Assembly: GCA_002189035.1 (NCBI GenBank)
Contig: NEEC01000023.1
Location: 868,001 to 932,000, forward strand
Reading direction: 5' to 3'
Origin: Utricularia gibba
Lineage: Eukaryota > Plantae > Magnoliophyta
Length of the DNA stretch: 64,000 nucleotides
This document shows, one piece after another, positions 47,586 through 60,033 of the stretch (position 1 is the first letter of the stretch; each line of letters opens with the position of its first letter). The notes below the pieces were generated by a model. That model was not told the origin of the DNA and made no database searches. It saw only the letters and a program-made list of their open reading frames with translations. The position numbers were made by a program, and so were the translations under genes.

Positions 47586-49855
47586 TCAGAGCCCCAGTAG
47601 GATGTAATACACTAGGGTGATTGGGAGGGCTATCAACATTCCAAATATCACCCTGGGACACAAGGCAAGGCAATGCAATGCAATACAAAGCTCACTTTTG
47701 TGTACTCTAGTGCAAACAAGTGTAAATGCTCATGGAAAAAAGGTGTACCCACCCAGTGCTAAGGATCTTGGGATGCACATTGTACTCCTTGGCAAACACG
47801 AAAGGGACTATTCCTTGCGGAAGAGCAGCCTGGAATTGGAACATTTTTCATTCACCACAAAAAAACATAAAACCAATGCTGCATGTTGGCTCACCTGCAC
47901 AATCGCCACACGTAGGAGCACGCCCCTTAGTCCTACCGCAACGGAAGCTGCAGCCATGACTGCCGGTCCAGTAAGAAAGCGAACCGCCATGGAAAAGGCC
48001 GCCACGGAGTTACCACAGGCAATGATTTTAGGCTGCAGCGCCATGAACAGTCCTGTAGCTCGGTGGGCACATCAAACCAACAAATTAATCGCTGTCGCAT
48101 GAAAAAGCATGATTTCCAAACAGCAACAGAGATTTGTTTACACAAACTAACTGATTCTTCTTACCAAGACTAAACATAGCCATTCCTAGACCAGCGTCTG
48201 ACAGGATGGAAATAGATTTTGCAACTATGGCCGGCATCTCAAGATGCCACCTACAATGGAAGAGTAACCTCACAGAAATCAATCCCACCACATCAGGTAT
48301 GCAAGATCACACAAGCACGTTCATTACCTGAATGAGACCAAGGACCAAGTGAGGCCAATGAGGCTGGAGTATGTGTTGGGATTTCTGATCAGCTTCCGCC
48401 ACACCATGATCAGAATCAGTCTCGTCATCACACTTGTGGGTGGCATGGCCGCCGGTTTCGTGTCGTCGTTTCCACTTTTTGTCCGGAGCTCAGCCTTGGA
48501 GCTTGATCCCAGCTTCAGTGGATCAGCACCTTGTTTGTTCCCGAAGCTGAAGTCATCTCGCCCAAACTCATCGTATTCTGCAAGCACGGAATAAAGGGTT
48601 CAAATAACTTGTATCCAGAAAAGAACCCTTACAATTTGCTTTAGCTCGCAACTTAAAACAATATGGGAACAAGGAATTCCCCATCGGTTAGTCCTATGCG
48701 CGACGACAACTACACTGCACTTGTGTGAATCCTAGAAAAAAAATGTTTTTTTTGAATACCTTTAGGATGAGGTCCCACGTTAAGCTCATTCCCATATTCA
48801 CCTCCTCGGAAGACATGAATCCCTCGTTCGGAAACTGGAGAAGCACTCGAACTCCAGACAAACATGTGAAGATCCTTGCTGCTTTCGTGACCGTTCGCCT
48901 TCTTTTTCGCAGCAGGAGAGAATATTCCGGTGGTTGCAGGAGGAGCATATCCACCTCCTGCGTTAGTGTTAACTCGTGATTGGTTCTCCTCATCTAATCC
49001 AGGGTTCGCATAACTCGATTGCCTTGGACTGTGACTGATAGCGTTTTTCCCGTTCACCATCGTATAGAAATCAGCGTGGTTGAAACTGGAGCCTCTTGGG
49101 GTAGGATTTCTCGACGATTGAAGTGAGTAAATCTCGGCATTGGTTAAGTTAGACGGACGAGGAGTCAAGGAGAGTCCCGACTTCGGACCATGCGATCCTC
49201 TTGAGAAGATTTCAGATCTCGAGCTGGCTGATTTTCGAACAGTCACGTGAATCTTGCCGTCTTCACCAACCTCCGTCTCCGTCTGGAGAGGATCTCTCCC
49301 GTCCAACGAAATAATGTCTGAATCAACCCTGAAAGAAATGATGTCGCCCGCAGTATCTGGGAACTGTTCAGCAATAAGCATCCTCGCTCCTCTGAACTCA
49401 AACAAGAACAGCATCAATGTGTACCAAATGATGCACTGGAGAACAACGATCTGGACCATTAAACTCCCGGAGAAGTCGCCGTACATCCCTTTCAAGAGAG
49501 GAATGCCCATGACAAGTGTATTCGGTAGTGTGGACAAGGAAAAGAGAGTAATGGACCATTCAAGGGAACCTCTGGAGCTCAGCCTGGACCAGACTGCGAG
49601 AACTGCAAGAACTATGAGTTTCTGCAAAGTGTCAGCGGCTATGAAACGGTAGTTCATGGCATAGGGATTGTTGGTGGAGATGAAATGGAAAGAGAGCAAT
49701 GGAACGGCAAAAAGGGCGACAAATCTGTTGATGCCGGAGCATTGGTCCGGGGTGAAGATCTTCCACCACTTCACCGAGCCATAAGCCAAAATCATGGCCA
49801 CGTAGAGAGGAACCACCGCGGTCAGGACATGATAGAGGTCTGTGAGGGAGATCAT
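47586..49855 (-). CDS. PIN1: PIN auxin efflux carrier, PIN1/SoPIN1 type
   Basis: Six exons. [74 protein letters not shown], and C-terminal [22 protein letters not shown]. Confidence 0.96.
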
Positions 49856-52311
49856 TTTCTTCTCAAGAAACGCAGATTTTTAACAAGGAGATGGGACTGC
49901 AAGACTGCAACTATGAATACCCCCCAGTTGCTGTTATGTCATCCAGAGAGGAGATTGAAAAAAAGAAAAAAAAAAGATCAAGAGACAGCGAGCTCAAGAG
50001 TGCTTTATAACGGAGTTGTGGGGCGCTTGGATTCACATGAACAAAGAGAGAACCATGGCGGAGGAGGAGCAAAAAATGAACTGAAGAAGAGTAAGGACGG
50101 TGGGAAGGAAGGCAAGGGTTTTAGAAGGAAGAGCCTGACTGTGTGCTCTTGGGTTTGCTGCTATGAGATTTGGAAGAGACATATAGGTGTGAATGAAGCG
50201 ATACGTTGTGATGACTTATGGCAGACAAGAGAAATAAAGGCAAGAGCTTTTTTACAGTGAGGATGTTGGGAAAGAGAATTAAAAGGGGTTAGGAGCGCCA
50301 CTTGTGCAGGGACATTTATGCAGCATGCACTAGTGTGTGCTGATAGCATGTCTCATGGTTCATGGGAACTCCCCTCATTTTTTGTTTTCCTGTCTCTCTC
50401 TCTCTCTCGAAAACAAATCCATTCAATTCTGCAACAATTTTGCACTAAAAAAGAAGACGAATATGGATGTGGATGTGGATGTGGATGTGGGCGTAGCGTG
50501 GGAGGGGCACCCGAGTGTAATTAAACACAAACATGAGAGAATATTCTGAAACAAACAACGCATAAAGGAAGGAAAGGCTGCGTGTGTGCCTCCTTTTTCC
50601 TCCCTAGAGGCAAAGCCAAGCCAAAGGTCTCAAAGCACAGATTTATTGCAAACAGCAGGCAGACAGAGTAGAGCTCCACTCTTTAGTTTCCCTCTCTCTC
50701 ACGCCTTTGTATCAGGATTGGATTAAGAGTGCAATAAATGTTTTTGGTATGCTTTGGACGCATAGGATAGCATATTTAATGTGTGTTATATGATCTGAGA
50801 GTTGGTGGTGGCCCCAGTTGTCTCACCAGTTTGTCACTTTCTATTATCTTAACCCCCGTCCCGGTCCCTCTTCTACTCTTCTTGTTTGGCGGCGAAGAGA
50901 AGGGGCATAAATTGAGGAAGAGCCTCAGAGTCCATCAATGCTGCTGCTTTGTTTCCTCACTCTTTTTTTTTTTATTTCATCCTGTTGGTTATTTATTTTG
51001 TAGTGAACGGATGTCGCTATACGACTTGAAGTGAAGTTGCACCACTCCGTTTGGTTTGAAAACCAGAAGATTTTGGTGAATCTCCTGGACTTGAACAACA
51101 CAACATGCGCAAAGAAGCGGAAGGGTCTCTGTGTATGTGAAGAGAGAAATGAGGTGGATGATGGTGTTAGAATATACAACATCACATAGAAAAATAAAAT
51201 TGTAATAATCAAGTATATAATAAATTGTGAATCATTAATAATTGATTGGATCTAATTTTTTATTTAATGTGATTTATGTTTATTGTGTACTTGGACTTTA
51301 AGTGTATGCTAACCCAATCCATCTAATACTATATGCATCGCGGGAACTGTATCTTGTACCAATCAAACTAGGAGAGGGGAGGATGTATCTTTTTATTATG
51401 GAAACAAGCAGTACATGAACGACCCATCCCCCTCCTCGAAGCCATACATACTTTCGAAGTATGGAAGGCGGGGAAAGCAACAGCTGAGGCTGAGCACGAG
51501 GGAAGGATAAAATGATGATGACTGCATTGCACGCATGACTAGAGGATCCGAGAATTGATACCTAACCTACTTCTAGCAATCGAACAACCTTTTTTCTAGT
51601 TAACAGAAATTCCACAGGTCTCCAGTACCAGCACAAGTGCTAAAAATGCGGCCCATTGGTGTCCACTCCACACACACCTCTCTTTCTCTATGTGTTCCTT
51701 CATTCCACATTCATGGCAAGGTAACACCCCACCCCCACAGGAGGAGTAGTAGCAGGCAGGCAGGCAGGCACGCGTGCTGCTGCTCTTTACACGAGACGAG
51801 AGGAGCCAAAAAGTAGCAACACCATTATTTGCATTTCAGTTCAACACTTGCCCACCGGGACAACAAAAAGGAGCTTGGGACAAGCCCCCATATTAACTTT
51901 GACTAGCGTGGGTTGGATTGTGGCTTGCTATTTGTTTCTTTGTGCATCCAACCGAGCACAACTTCCGAGGCCGGCCGGATCTTTTGTTGTAGTGGCCCGT
52001 GGCCAGTGGCCTAAATCAAAACGTTATAGGAGGGCCTTGAAATCGAGCAATGCGATGGATCATGGCTTTTAATTTCTGATCCATAGACTTGAGCCGGCCC
52101 TCCTAATCCAAGACAGCAACTGTCGCGTGGATGCGTCTTGCACTGGGGCTTTGCTCTCGGCCCAATGAGAAAGTACTTTGCAAGGCCCAATATATCGACC
52201 AGATAAAAATTATATTATTATTGTATTGAAATTGGGATGTGTATCATTCTCAATCTCATCCCCAGATCCAGCGCCGCGCCCTGCCCTGCCCTGTGTCGTT
52301 GATTTGGTGGT

Positions 52312-52515
52312 ATGGATCCCGACGCGGCACGAACTGCACGAGCTTCCCTTGATCTGGCGTTTCAGATATCCAACATTCTGGACACGGGACTCGATCGCCT
52401 CACACTGTCGATTCTAATTGGCCTATGTGAAATGGGAGTGAGCCCGGAGTCCCTTGCTGCCGTTGTAAGAGAGCTGAGGAGGGCGGAAGAAACAAAACCG
52501 ACTTCTGATGTGTAG
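52312..52515 (+). CDS. GIP1: Mitotic-spindle organizing protein 1 (GCP3-interacting protein)
   Basis: 67-aa ORF MDPDAARTARASLDLAFQISNILDTGLDRLTLSILIGLCEMGVSPESLAAVVRELRR matching MZT1/GIP. Confidence 0.92.
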   Translation: MDPDAARTARASLDLAFQISNILDTGLDRLTLSILIGLCEMGVSPESLAAVVRELRRAEETKPTSDV

Positions 52516-53382
52516 TAATTGGTTTGCTGGGGTAAGGGCGAGTCATGTAATTTCAAGGAAGATTCTGAATGCTTTTGGTCTGGTTAGGTTGTGTTGCGGG
52601 TGTCTGAAACTGTTCAGCATCCAACTAGTTTTCAAGTTGTGTTGCTGTGGGTTTGTGAAATTGTTTAGCGCCGCGCCCATAATCGTGAATGGTCCCATCC
52701 AAAATTTCGAAAGCGTGTTGCTATGAATTCGTTGTGTTTTTTTATATATATTGTGGACGTGGACTGGGTAAGCCGGCCAGGCCACACGACTCTTCCTTCT
52801 CACCTCAGTTTAGAGGAAGAGGATTAGGATTGGGATGGGGATGGATAATCCTCCACCTCCAACTCCTCCTCCACCTCCGCCTCCGCCTCCTCCTCCTCCT
52901 CTACTTTATGCATCCTATTTCTACACGACTCTCCTCGGTCCAGTTCCATTTGTGGGTCGGAAACTGAGAGCGAGGAAGATTCCAAGTCAAACCAATCTCA
53001 ATTACCCACCCACCCCTGGTGGATGGATGTATACTAAAACCGAGTCAGAGCTGGAGGCTAGCAACAGTGTAATTTCTAAGAAAAAAGCAGCAGCACATTG
53101 GTTGAGGGATTCTAGAGCTGAACTGACTCGATCACATCACACCGTGACATTCATCTATAATCTGATCACGGGGATGGATGATTCGAATCATCTACAAGTG
53201 CAGATGGGTGGGGAAGCGATATCCCCGCCCTTGCTTGCTTCTACTAGTAATTTAATCGGCCCACGGGCGTGCATCCCAGCCACAGTGAGGACGGACACAT
53301 AACACATACCGCTGCTACTACACAGACAAGAAAAAAACACACACACACACAGAGACTAAGTAATCTGCTCATCTCGGGTCGG

Positions 53383-53771
53383 CTAGAGGTTGCAGTTGCA
53401 GGGCGTGGACTTGGACTTATCCAGCATGGACCACATCACCTGGACATCCTCGTAACCACAGTTCATCACCTCGCCGTGAAGATCTACGACACCGTCTTCA
53501 CTTTCTGGAAAAAGCACAAATGTTACCAACTGGTCAACACACATATTAACAATAATAAATCATAAACAGGGACAGGACACAAGAGGAGACATGAGCCTGA
53601 GAATGGACCAAAGCAAGTGAGGAAAAGGATTAATTAGTTTAGGGGGAGCTTACCATGTTGGGATGACTTCTTGTCCTTGCTGGGGTTCAGCAAAGTACGA
53701 GCTTTCTTGAAGGGGGTCTTGATGGTTCGAACCCAGTTGGATCCTCCTGCCGCTGCAGCTGTTCCACTCAT
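53383..53771 (-). CDS. 79-aa conserved plant protein of unknown function (xGYEDVQVMWxxL family)
   Basis: Exons 53654-53771 and 53383-53504 with GT-AG borders encode MSGTAAAAGGSNWVRTIKTPFKKARTLLNPSKDKKSSQHESEDGVVDLHGEVMNCGYEDVQVMWSMLDKSKSTPCNCNL. It is absent from the ORF track. Confidence 0.8.
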
Positions 53772-55851
53772 CCTTGGGGTTGGATTGGATATAACAAGGA
53801 ACAACAAATGGAATGAAGGAGGATCAGGAGAATTGCTGCAGGTGCTGGTGTTGTACCAACAGGAGCCAAGTGCTCACATCTATAAATACACACAGAGGGG
53901 GGTTGCTGGGGGAGAGAGGCGAGCGGTGAGGGGGACATATGAGTGGGTGCGTAAATGTGCCGACCGCAGAGAAGCACATGGAGAATGAAGGTTGGTTGCC
54001 ACTACAATTGCAATGGGCCAGGACCATGTGAAGTGTCGCTGCAGCCTCCTACTCCTGATGAATCAAAGAAATGAAATACGAAATGAATGCATTTCGTTAC
54101 TAGCAGTAGCAGTAGAGAGGAGTTTTGTCAAGTGGTTAACTATGGTGGACAAACGCCGACCGACCCAATGAATAGAATTCTAATAAATTCGCATTCATTG
54201 ACAACATAACTACAGGGAAGAGGAAGGTGCAGCCTCCATCTCCCCGTCCTTGTCCTCTCTTTCAATCAATAAGTAAGCGCATCTTCCTTGGTGATTGTGG
54301 TTATGAACAAAATATCTTTGATTCAGTGGCTGGCGTGGGTTTGTGACCACTGACTGACCAGTATGCGTATGATATGGGTAGGCGGTAGCACTCGCACTCG
54401 CACTCGCACTAGCAGATGATATTCTTATCCCATTATGCTTCGTGCCACAGGGCCCATGCCCTAACACTACACTACAGTACACCAACCCCTCAACTTCGAA
54501 TTCATGACGACGTGGACCCACTTTGGTCCACAATATTTAAAATGTTGACTCTTGCCATCACCGCAATCGGACGGGACGGGAGCCTGACCTGACGGCCTCC
54601 CTGGACCTCTAACACCCATATTAACTACAACAACAACAACTACTATTAATCCCCTCCGCGTACTCTACTAGTTACCAGGTTAGACAAGACCAGAGACTAG
54701 TAACGTCTCCTCTCCATGGGCATGGGAGTCAATGTCTCTCCGCATCTTCTACGACTTGTTTCTTCAATTGCTTTCCCAAAGTATACAATACTGCATGTTG
54801 ACAACACATGCTTGCACGCGGCTCTCTGATTCTCATGTTTATCCTAATAATACTCGTTACTCTCTACTCTCAAGACCATCCCATGACCTCCAGCAATGCT
54901 CCTTCCCAAACCCCACTGCTCACGCATTCCGCTAGATTGCAATCTTGTGTTGACGCCATTTTTTTTTTCCACAGCTCCTGTCGCACCCTTCCACGCGTCA
55001 CCCCTTCAACTGAATTGTGAGAAATTAGGATGATGAGGTTTATTATCATCCTCTTAATCTTCAATTCATCTCAACTTGATTGGGTCTGCATGACTCCAAG
55101 AAAAATGTGTCCCCTACGTACTATGGGGAACGTCTGGTGATCCGGGTTCTCTTGCTTGGGGTTGGATCACTTAATTCTTGAAAAAAACAACATCAAATGG
55201 GGCTGCAAACTGCCAAACCGAATATTTTATTTCCTGGGAACAGAGGAGCAACTAGCAAGACCGTTGATACTATATTTGTGTTCCGACTCCCGGAAAAACT
55301 TTGATCAGAATTATCTCACAGTTAGAGACTGAGTCTGTTAGCTTGCCTGACAATAACGACCAAAGGCAAAGGAGAAGCTATGTTTGTTGTTGGAAAATTA
55401 CCGGAGCCTGCATCAGTGACTGAAATTGTAAAAGCATGGGGAGATTGTGCAGGGGTCTCCAGACCAAAAAGGAGGAGGCAGCTTCAATTCTAGATTTGGG
55501 AGATGGGGCTATGCTATCTATAGCTGGGAAGGTTCTTCACTTGTTTCAGAATAACTGTAGTTACTGTATCCCGAATCTAGCATTTCATTCTTCTTACTTG
55601 AATTTCAATCCTTCTTTGTTACATGGAAGCCTGATGTTTTCAGCAGTCCAGATTCTGGCACGTATGATAGGTCACATCTTCAAGCAGAATTTCTTGGGTG
55701 GTGTGAACTGAAGGTAAAACATACACCAAAGCCAAGTATAGAAATGCAAATGTTAATTTGAGCATGATTATAAACGCAAGAGCAAATAAGAAATTGATGG
55801 ATACACAACACTCAGACGACAAACAGGATGCTTCAGCCCACTATGTGTGAC

Positions 55852-56620
55852 TTAACATTGAAATGGCCAGTGAGAATATTCAGTGAATTCGGGCTCCTCC
55901 AGTGCTGTATTAGTACCAGAAGCAGAGCGAGATGAGCGAAACGGCCACAAGAATGACCACCTTCTCCTGCGCCTGTTTTTCTCCCTCCAGTTTTGTGTAT
56001 CGTAGCCATTTATTAGGTGCTGGTCTGCTAGTTCATGGCGGCAAATTGGGCAAGATCTGCGCCGCTCCAGCCAAGGCACTATGCAATCTGGATGGTATAA
56101 ATGCTTACAGGGGAGCTTTCTAAATTGAGACCCCAGCTCAAAGAGGTCCTTACAAATAGCACACATTGTGTTAGCACGAATGTGCTTCTTAGAAATTTCG
56201 ATGGTGGGCAATGCCTCAATCGTGGGTCTCGAGGCAGGGGGTGCCACATGCTGATCACTGCTTGTTATATGCTCAAAAAATTCTTCCACCCCAGGTCCAA
56301 TAAAGTAATCTCCAGCATTATTTCGTCTGAATCCAAGGCTTTCATTGAGAAAGAATCCCAGAAGTTATCGTTTTGTTCAGATATTCTACCGACATCAGAG
56401 ATTGCATTCCTAACAGCCATATGCTGCCTGAGAAAATCAGACACAGTTTGCATGAACCTCGGACTTTGGTTCAGCGCTTCGGCACCATCCATGCTAAATG
56501 CATGGTCTAGTTCTTGAAAAAGCCTCCTCCACAGTTTGAGCACTCTGCCATATGTCGGAGAGTTACGGACTCCCCACAGCTGTAGCACCAATGAGTGGCA
56601 CCTCCTCTGCTGCAAGACAT
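55852..56620 (-). CDS. RZF1: RZF1-like zinc-ribbon + RING-H2 E3 ubiquitin ligase, two apparent frameshifts
   Basis: N-terminal THWCYSCGESV...CSNCGGGF, GDYFIGPGVEEFFE, RING-H2 CAICKDLF...CKHLYHPDCIVPWL...SCPIC, and WPFRSS/WPF tail. Pieces lie in three frames, joined by single-base additions at A5 56517-56521 and near C3 56357-56359. Confidence 0.85.
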
Positions 56621-58139
56621 CAAAGATCCCCTAATTCTAATCAATAGATAGCAGAATGTTCTTCAAGCATGATATCTGAATTTTGTCATTGCGGAAGGTA
56701 TCCTATTGGTTGTTTGAACAAGTCAGTGACAAAGATCAAGCCTTGGTAGCTCTAGATTTTCATTTCGCAATTTTTCATGCTCAGAGAAACGTAAAAAGTC
56801 CAAAATCCCATATGCCATTCATAGTACTCATTGCAAATCCGCAGCAACAGAGAGAATCATATAATGTCATGGAACAATCACCTAGAACATTATGCTACAC
56901 TGTAAATCTTCTAGACCAGAAAAATTAAGAAGGTTGATTGGAAAATCAACGGAAAACGAACAAAAAAAGAAACATAAGAGGTCAGCCCATATTATATGTA
57001 AATCAAGGTAGAAAAGAGAAAACTTGATCACATTTGGATGAATAGGCCAGACCAAGGAACGACATCGTATTCTCCGCAAAATTCTAACAAGGCCCAAAAT
57101 TTAATAGCATTGCAAAAAAAAAAAAGAACGACAATCATCATTCATTGTAGATTAATCCACGAGGCGAAATGCGGCAAAAGATCCAGCAAGAAGGAAATGG
57201 CAAGGAAATCAGGGCATGAATGGGAAAAAAAATAAGAGCAAGAAAGTTGATACCTTTGCTTTGATCCATCGGTGCGGAAGAAAAGCCCGGATGGGTGATA
57301 AAGAGAATGGCGATTGAGCAGAGCAGTAGTGTATATAAAGCAAGCGTAACAAGGGAAAGCAGGCATCCTGTTAAGAGTGAAGAGGATATTGGGGCCATTG
57401 GAGTCGAAGTGGGTGCTCCGGATACGCATTAGTTGTAACTAGTGACGGAGCTGGGAGCCAGCACAAGTACAACGTGAGGCTAAAGTAAACTAGTGCGGTG
57501 CCAACCTGTCACTTGAGCTGTGGGATTGGGCTCCATTTAATGGGCTTCGACTGGAACCCATCCGTATGACCTTGGTTCCTGCAGGAAACAATAGCATGGG
57601 ACTCCGCGGATGAATCGTTTCCTGTTTCAGTCCAGCAGGATAACGGTCAAGTTTTCTACAAAAGTCTTCAAACATTTTGAAATTTGGATGAAAACCATTA
57701 TCTGACCCTCTCCAGTAGAAACTTTCCTGTCAAATATGATCTGCCATTAAATCCATTTCATCAGCCTCACTTAGCCGCCTTCTGTCTCGTTAGCCTCACT
57801 TAATCTAATCCTAATATATAAGCTAGCTAGAATGAAGTTCCTACAACGGTGTAAAGCTTGCCCAACTCTTTGGGCGGTTTCATAATGTCCCTGGCCCGTC
57901 ATATGGGTGCCGAAACACGCTAACGACTACAGAATGTTCAGTGGGTCTGCAGCCCAGAGCAAAGAAAAACGGATACATTTACTAGCAGGATTAACATGCA
58001 TTGCGTTCAGAGAAGAAAAAGAAATAGCAGAAACCTCAGCGGAATAATGTATGATAAAACCTCATTAAGTAGCAACAGTTCAGAAACAAAAAACAAAGCA
58101 ATGAAATCACCTTCACACTCCCATATAAGATTGTAGTGG

Positions 58140-59447
58140 TTACTCATGGCCAAGAAACGATGGATAAATAGCTGGAGCAGACATACCACTACTTAAACCC
58201 CTTGACCCTGCAACCCCGGAAGGCTGTCCAACTTGCGCATTTTGGAAGATCCCCATACCTTGCAGAGCTGCTTGCGCTCCATAGCTTCCCATCATACTTG
58301 GGTTGTAGCTATTTACACCGGTATCACTACTCATCCTGTTAACTGGTGTACTTGCCACAAATCCCAGTGGATTATACGCCAAGGCCAGGGCCGGATTCCC
58401 CATCAATCCAATACCCTGATTCTGAGGTATTACAATACCTCTTGCATCCAGAGCGTTGCTCAAAATCCCACCGTTCAATCCCAAACAAGCATCTGAAATA
58501 CTTACAGCAGCAGAGTTCATGTTTCCAGAACTTGTTTTCGCAGAAACATTGTTCTTATTTTGGTTCTCTATAAACTTTTTGCAGTGTAACTGACAATTCT
58601 CCAGCACCTTGATGGGCTCCTCCATTGCCTTCTTATAACCATCTACAGACTTGAAAGTTAGAACAGCATAACCCTTGAATTTTTTTGTCACGGGGTCAAA
58701 CCCAAGAGGCCCTTCCTCAATCTCACCGAACACTGCGAAGAATGAGTATAGCTTCTCAGCGGTCAAATGGGGCCCCACGTTCCCGATGTAGATCTTCCGG
58801 GTGCCCACATCGGCAGCAGGCCCTTGGCCGAATGCTGCTAACTGGCACGAAGCCATCCTATTTCCAATCTTTTTTTGAGGAATCTTGAGAGCTTTCTTTG
58901 CAGCAGCTCGAGCTTTGAATAGCACAAAGGCGTAACCCTTGCACCGGCCGGTGTTTTTGTCTGTAATCAGCTTGCACTCCTCGAGTTCGCCGAAGGGCTT
59001 GAAAGCTTGGAGGAGCTGGTCGTAAGTCACGTCCCAGCCGAGGCCGAAAACGAATAACTTCCGATGTGCTGGATCGGAATCCGCGGCACGAATGATTTCA
59101 GGGAGGATCTTTTGATCCTCGGCGGCTGCCCGTTTCAGAATGTCGATTATTTGGGATTTCCCGAACGGCTCCAACAACTCGCGAAGGGTTCCTCGCTTAG
59201 ATTCCTCTTCATCTGCCCCGTCATCCGAATCTACTTCATCCGTATCACTATGTTCTTGGTTGCTTTCTTCCTCGGACGATTCTTCCTTCAATTCGTCGTC
59301 TTCTTCTTCTTCTCCCTCAGACGACTCAGACTCCGATTCCTCCTCCGTAGATTCCTCACCCTCGGCTTCTTCATCTGAGTCCTCATCGCGAATTGGTTCA
59401 GAGTCGGGTTCCAGCGTAGGAGAAGGCACTTTTCGTTTCTTCGCCAT
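58140..59447 (-). CDS. UBA2: UBP1-associated protein 2 type hnRNP (acidic N-terminus, two RRMs)
   Basis: 435-aa intronless ORF with DPAHRKLFVFGLGWD, KGYAFVLFK and RKIYIGNV...FGEIEEGPLGFD. Confidence 0.88.
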   Translation of the reverse strand: MAKKRKVPSPTLEPDSEPIRDEDSDEEAEGEESTEEESESESSEGEEEEDDELKEESSEEESNQEHSDTDEVDSDDGADEEESKRGTLRELLEPFGKSQIIDILKRAAAEDQKILPEIIRAADSDPAHRKLFVFGLGWDVTYDQLLQAFKPFGELEECKLITDKNTGRCKGYAFVLFKARAAAKKALKIPQKKIGNRMASCQLAAFGQGPAADVGTRKIYIGNVGPHLTAEKLYSFFAVFGEIEEGPLGFDPVTKKFKGYAVLTFKSVDGYKKAMEEPIKVLENCQLHCKKFIENQNKNNVSAKTSSGNMNSAAVSISDACLGLNGGILSNALDARGIVIPQNQGIGLMGNPALALAYNPLGFVASTPVNRMSSDTGVNSYNPSMMGSYGAQAALQGMGIFQNAQVGQPSGVAGSRGLSSGMSAPAIYPSFLGHE

Positions 59448-60033
59448 TGAAGCGAAATCCCGAGGCTCAAAATTTAGGGCTTAGGGGGGATAGTTTTCGG
59501 GATAATGAGCGCCAAATGAAACGTTTGAGAGCCCGCAAACGAACGAATTTGGACTTCAGAGTCGCTTTACCAACAACTTCGACTTTTTACGGATTCAGAA
59601 GTGCCGATTGCAAATCCTCCTCTGTGTCATATTTTATAATAAAATAAAAGATGCTTGATTTTATTCTATTTTAAAATAAAAAAAGAAAATGAAAAATTAA
59701 TATATAATTTAAATAGACAATATACTATTTACTCTCTTTTTTTTTATATAAATGTTATTTAAACTAGTTTTAAATTAAAATACACTTTGAAATCATCATT
59801 GAATTATCTACCAAATTTGAAGTTTTGTCTTTTGGAGAGAAGGTTTGGCGGGGCCTTACGTCCCTGGGGTCCATAAACTATGGTGGACGGATCTCGATGC
59901 AAAAGATCCACAATTGTTCCCTGTGAAGGTTAAGATACTTGAAACGTGTGAAATTCCTTGTTGCTGTGCTTTTACGATGGCGGTATATCTGTAACTCCAT
60001 ACAATGGAACTGAAATAATGAAAAATGGTGACA

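Noticed and set aside
52835-53302. Proline-rich 155-aa ORF
   Set aside because: Driven by a (CCT/CCA)n tract; no extensin SPPPP/YY pattern or signal peptide; lies between two convergent genes.
57138-57398. Hydrophobic 86-aa minus ORF upstream of RZF1
   Set aside because: Contains a TATA-like TTTATATAC and a splice donor near 57253; better explained as the RZF1 promoter and 5' UTR exon plus intron.
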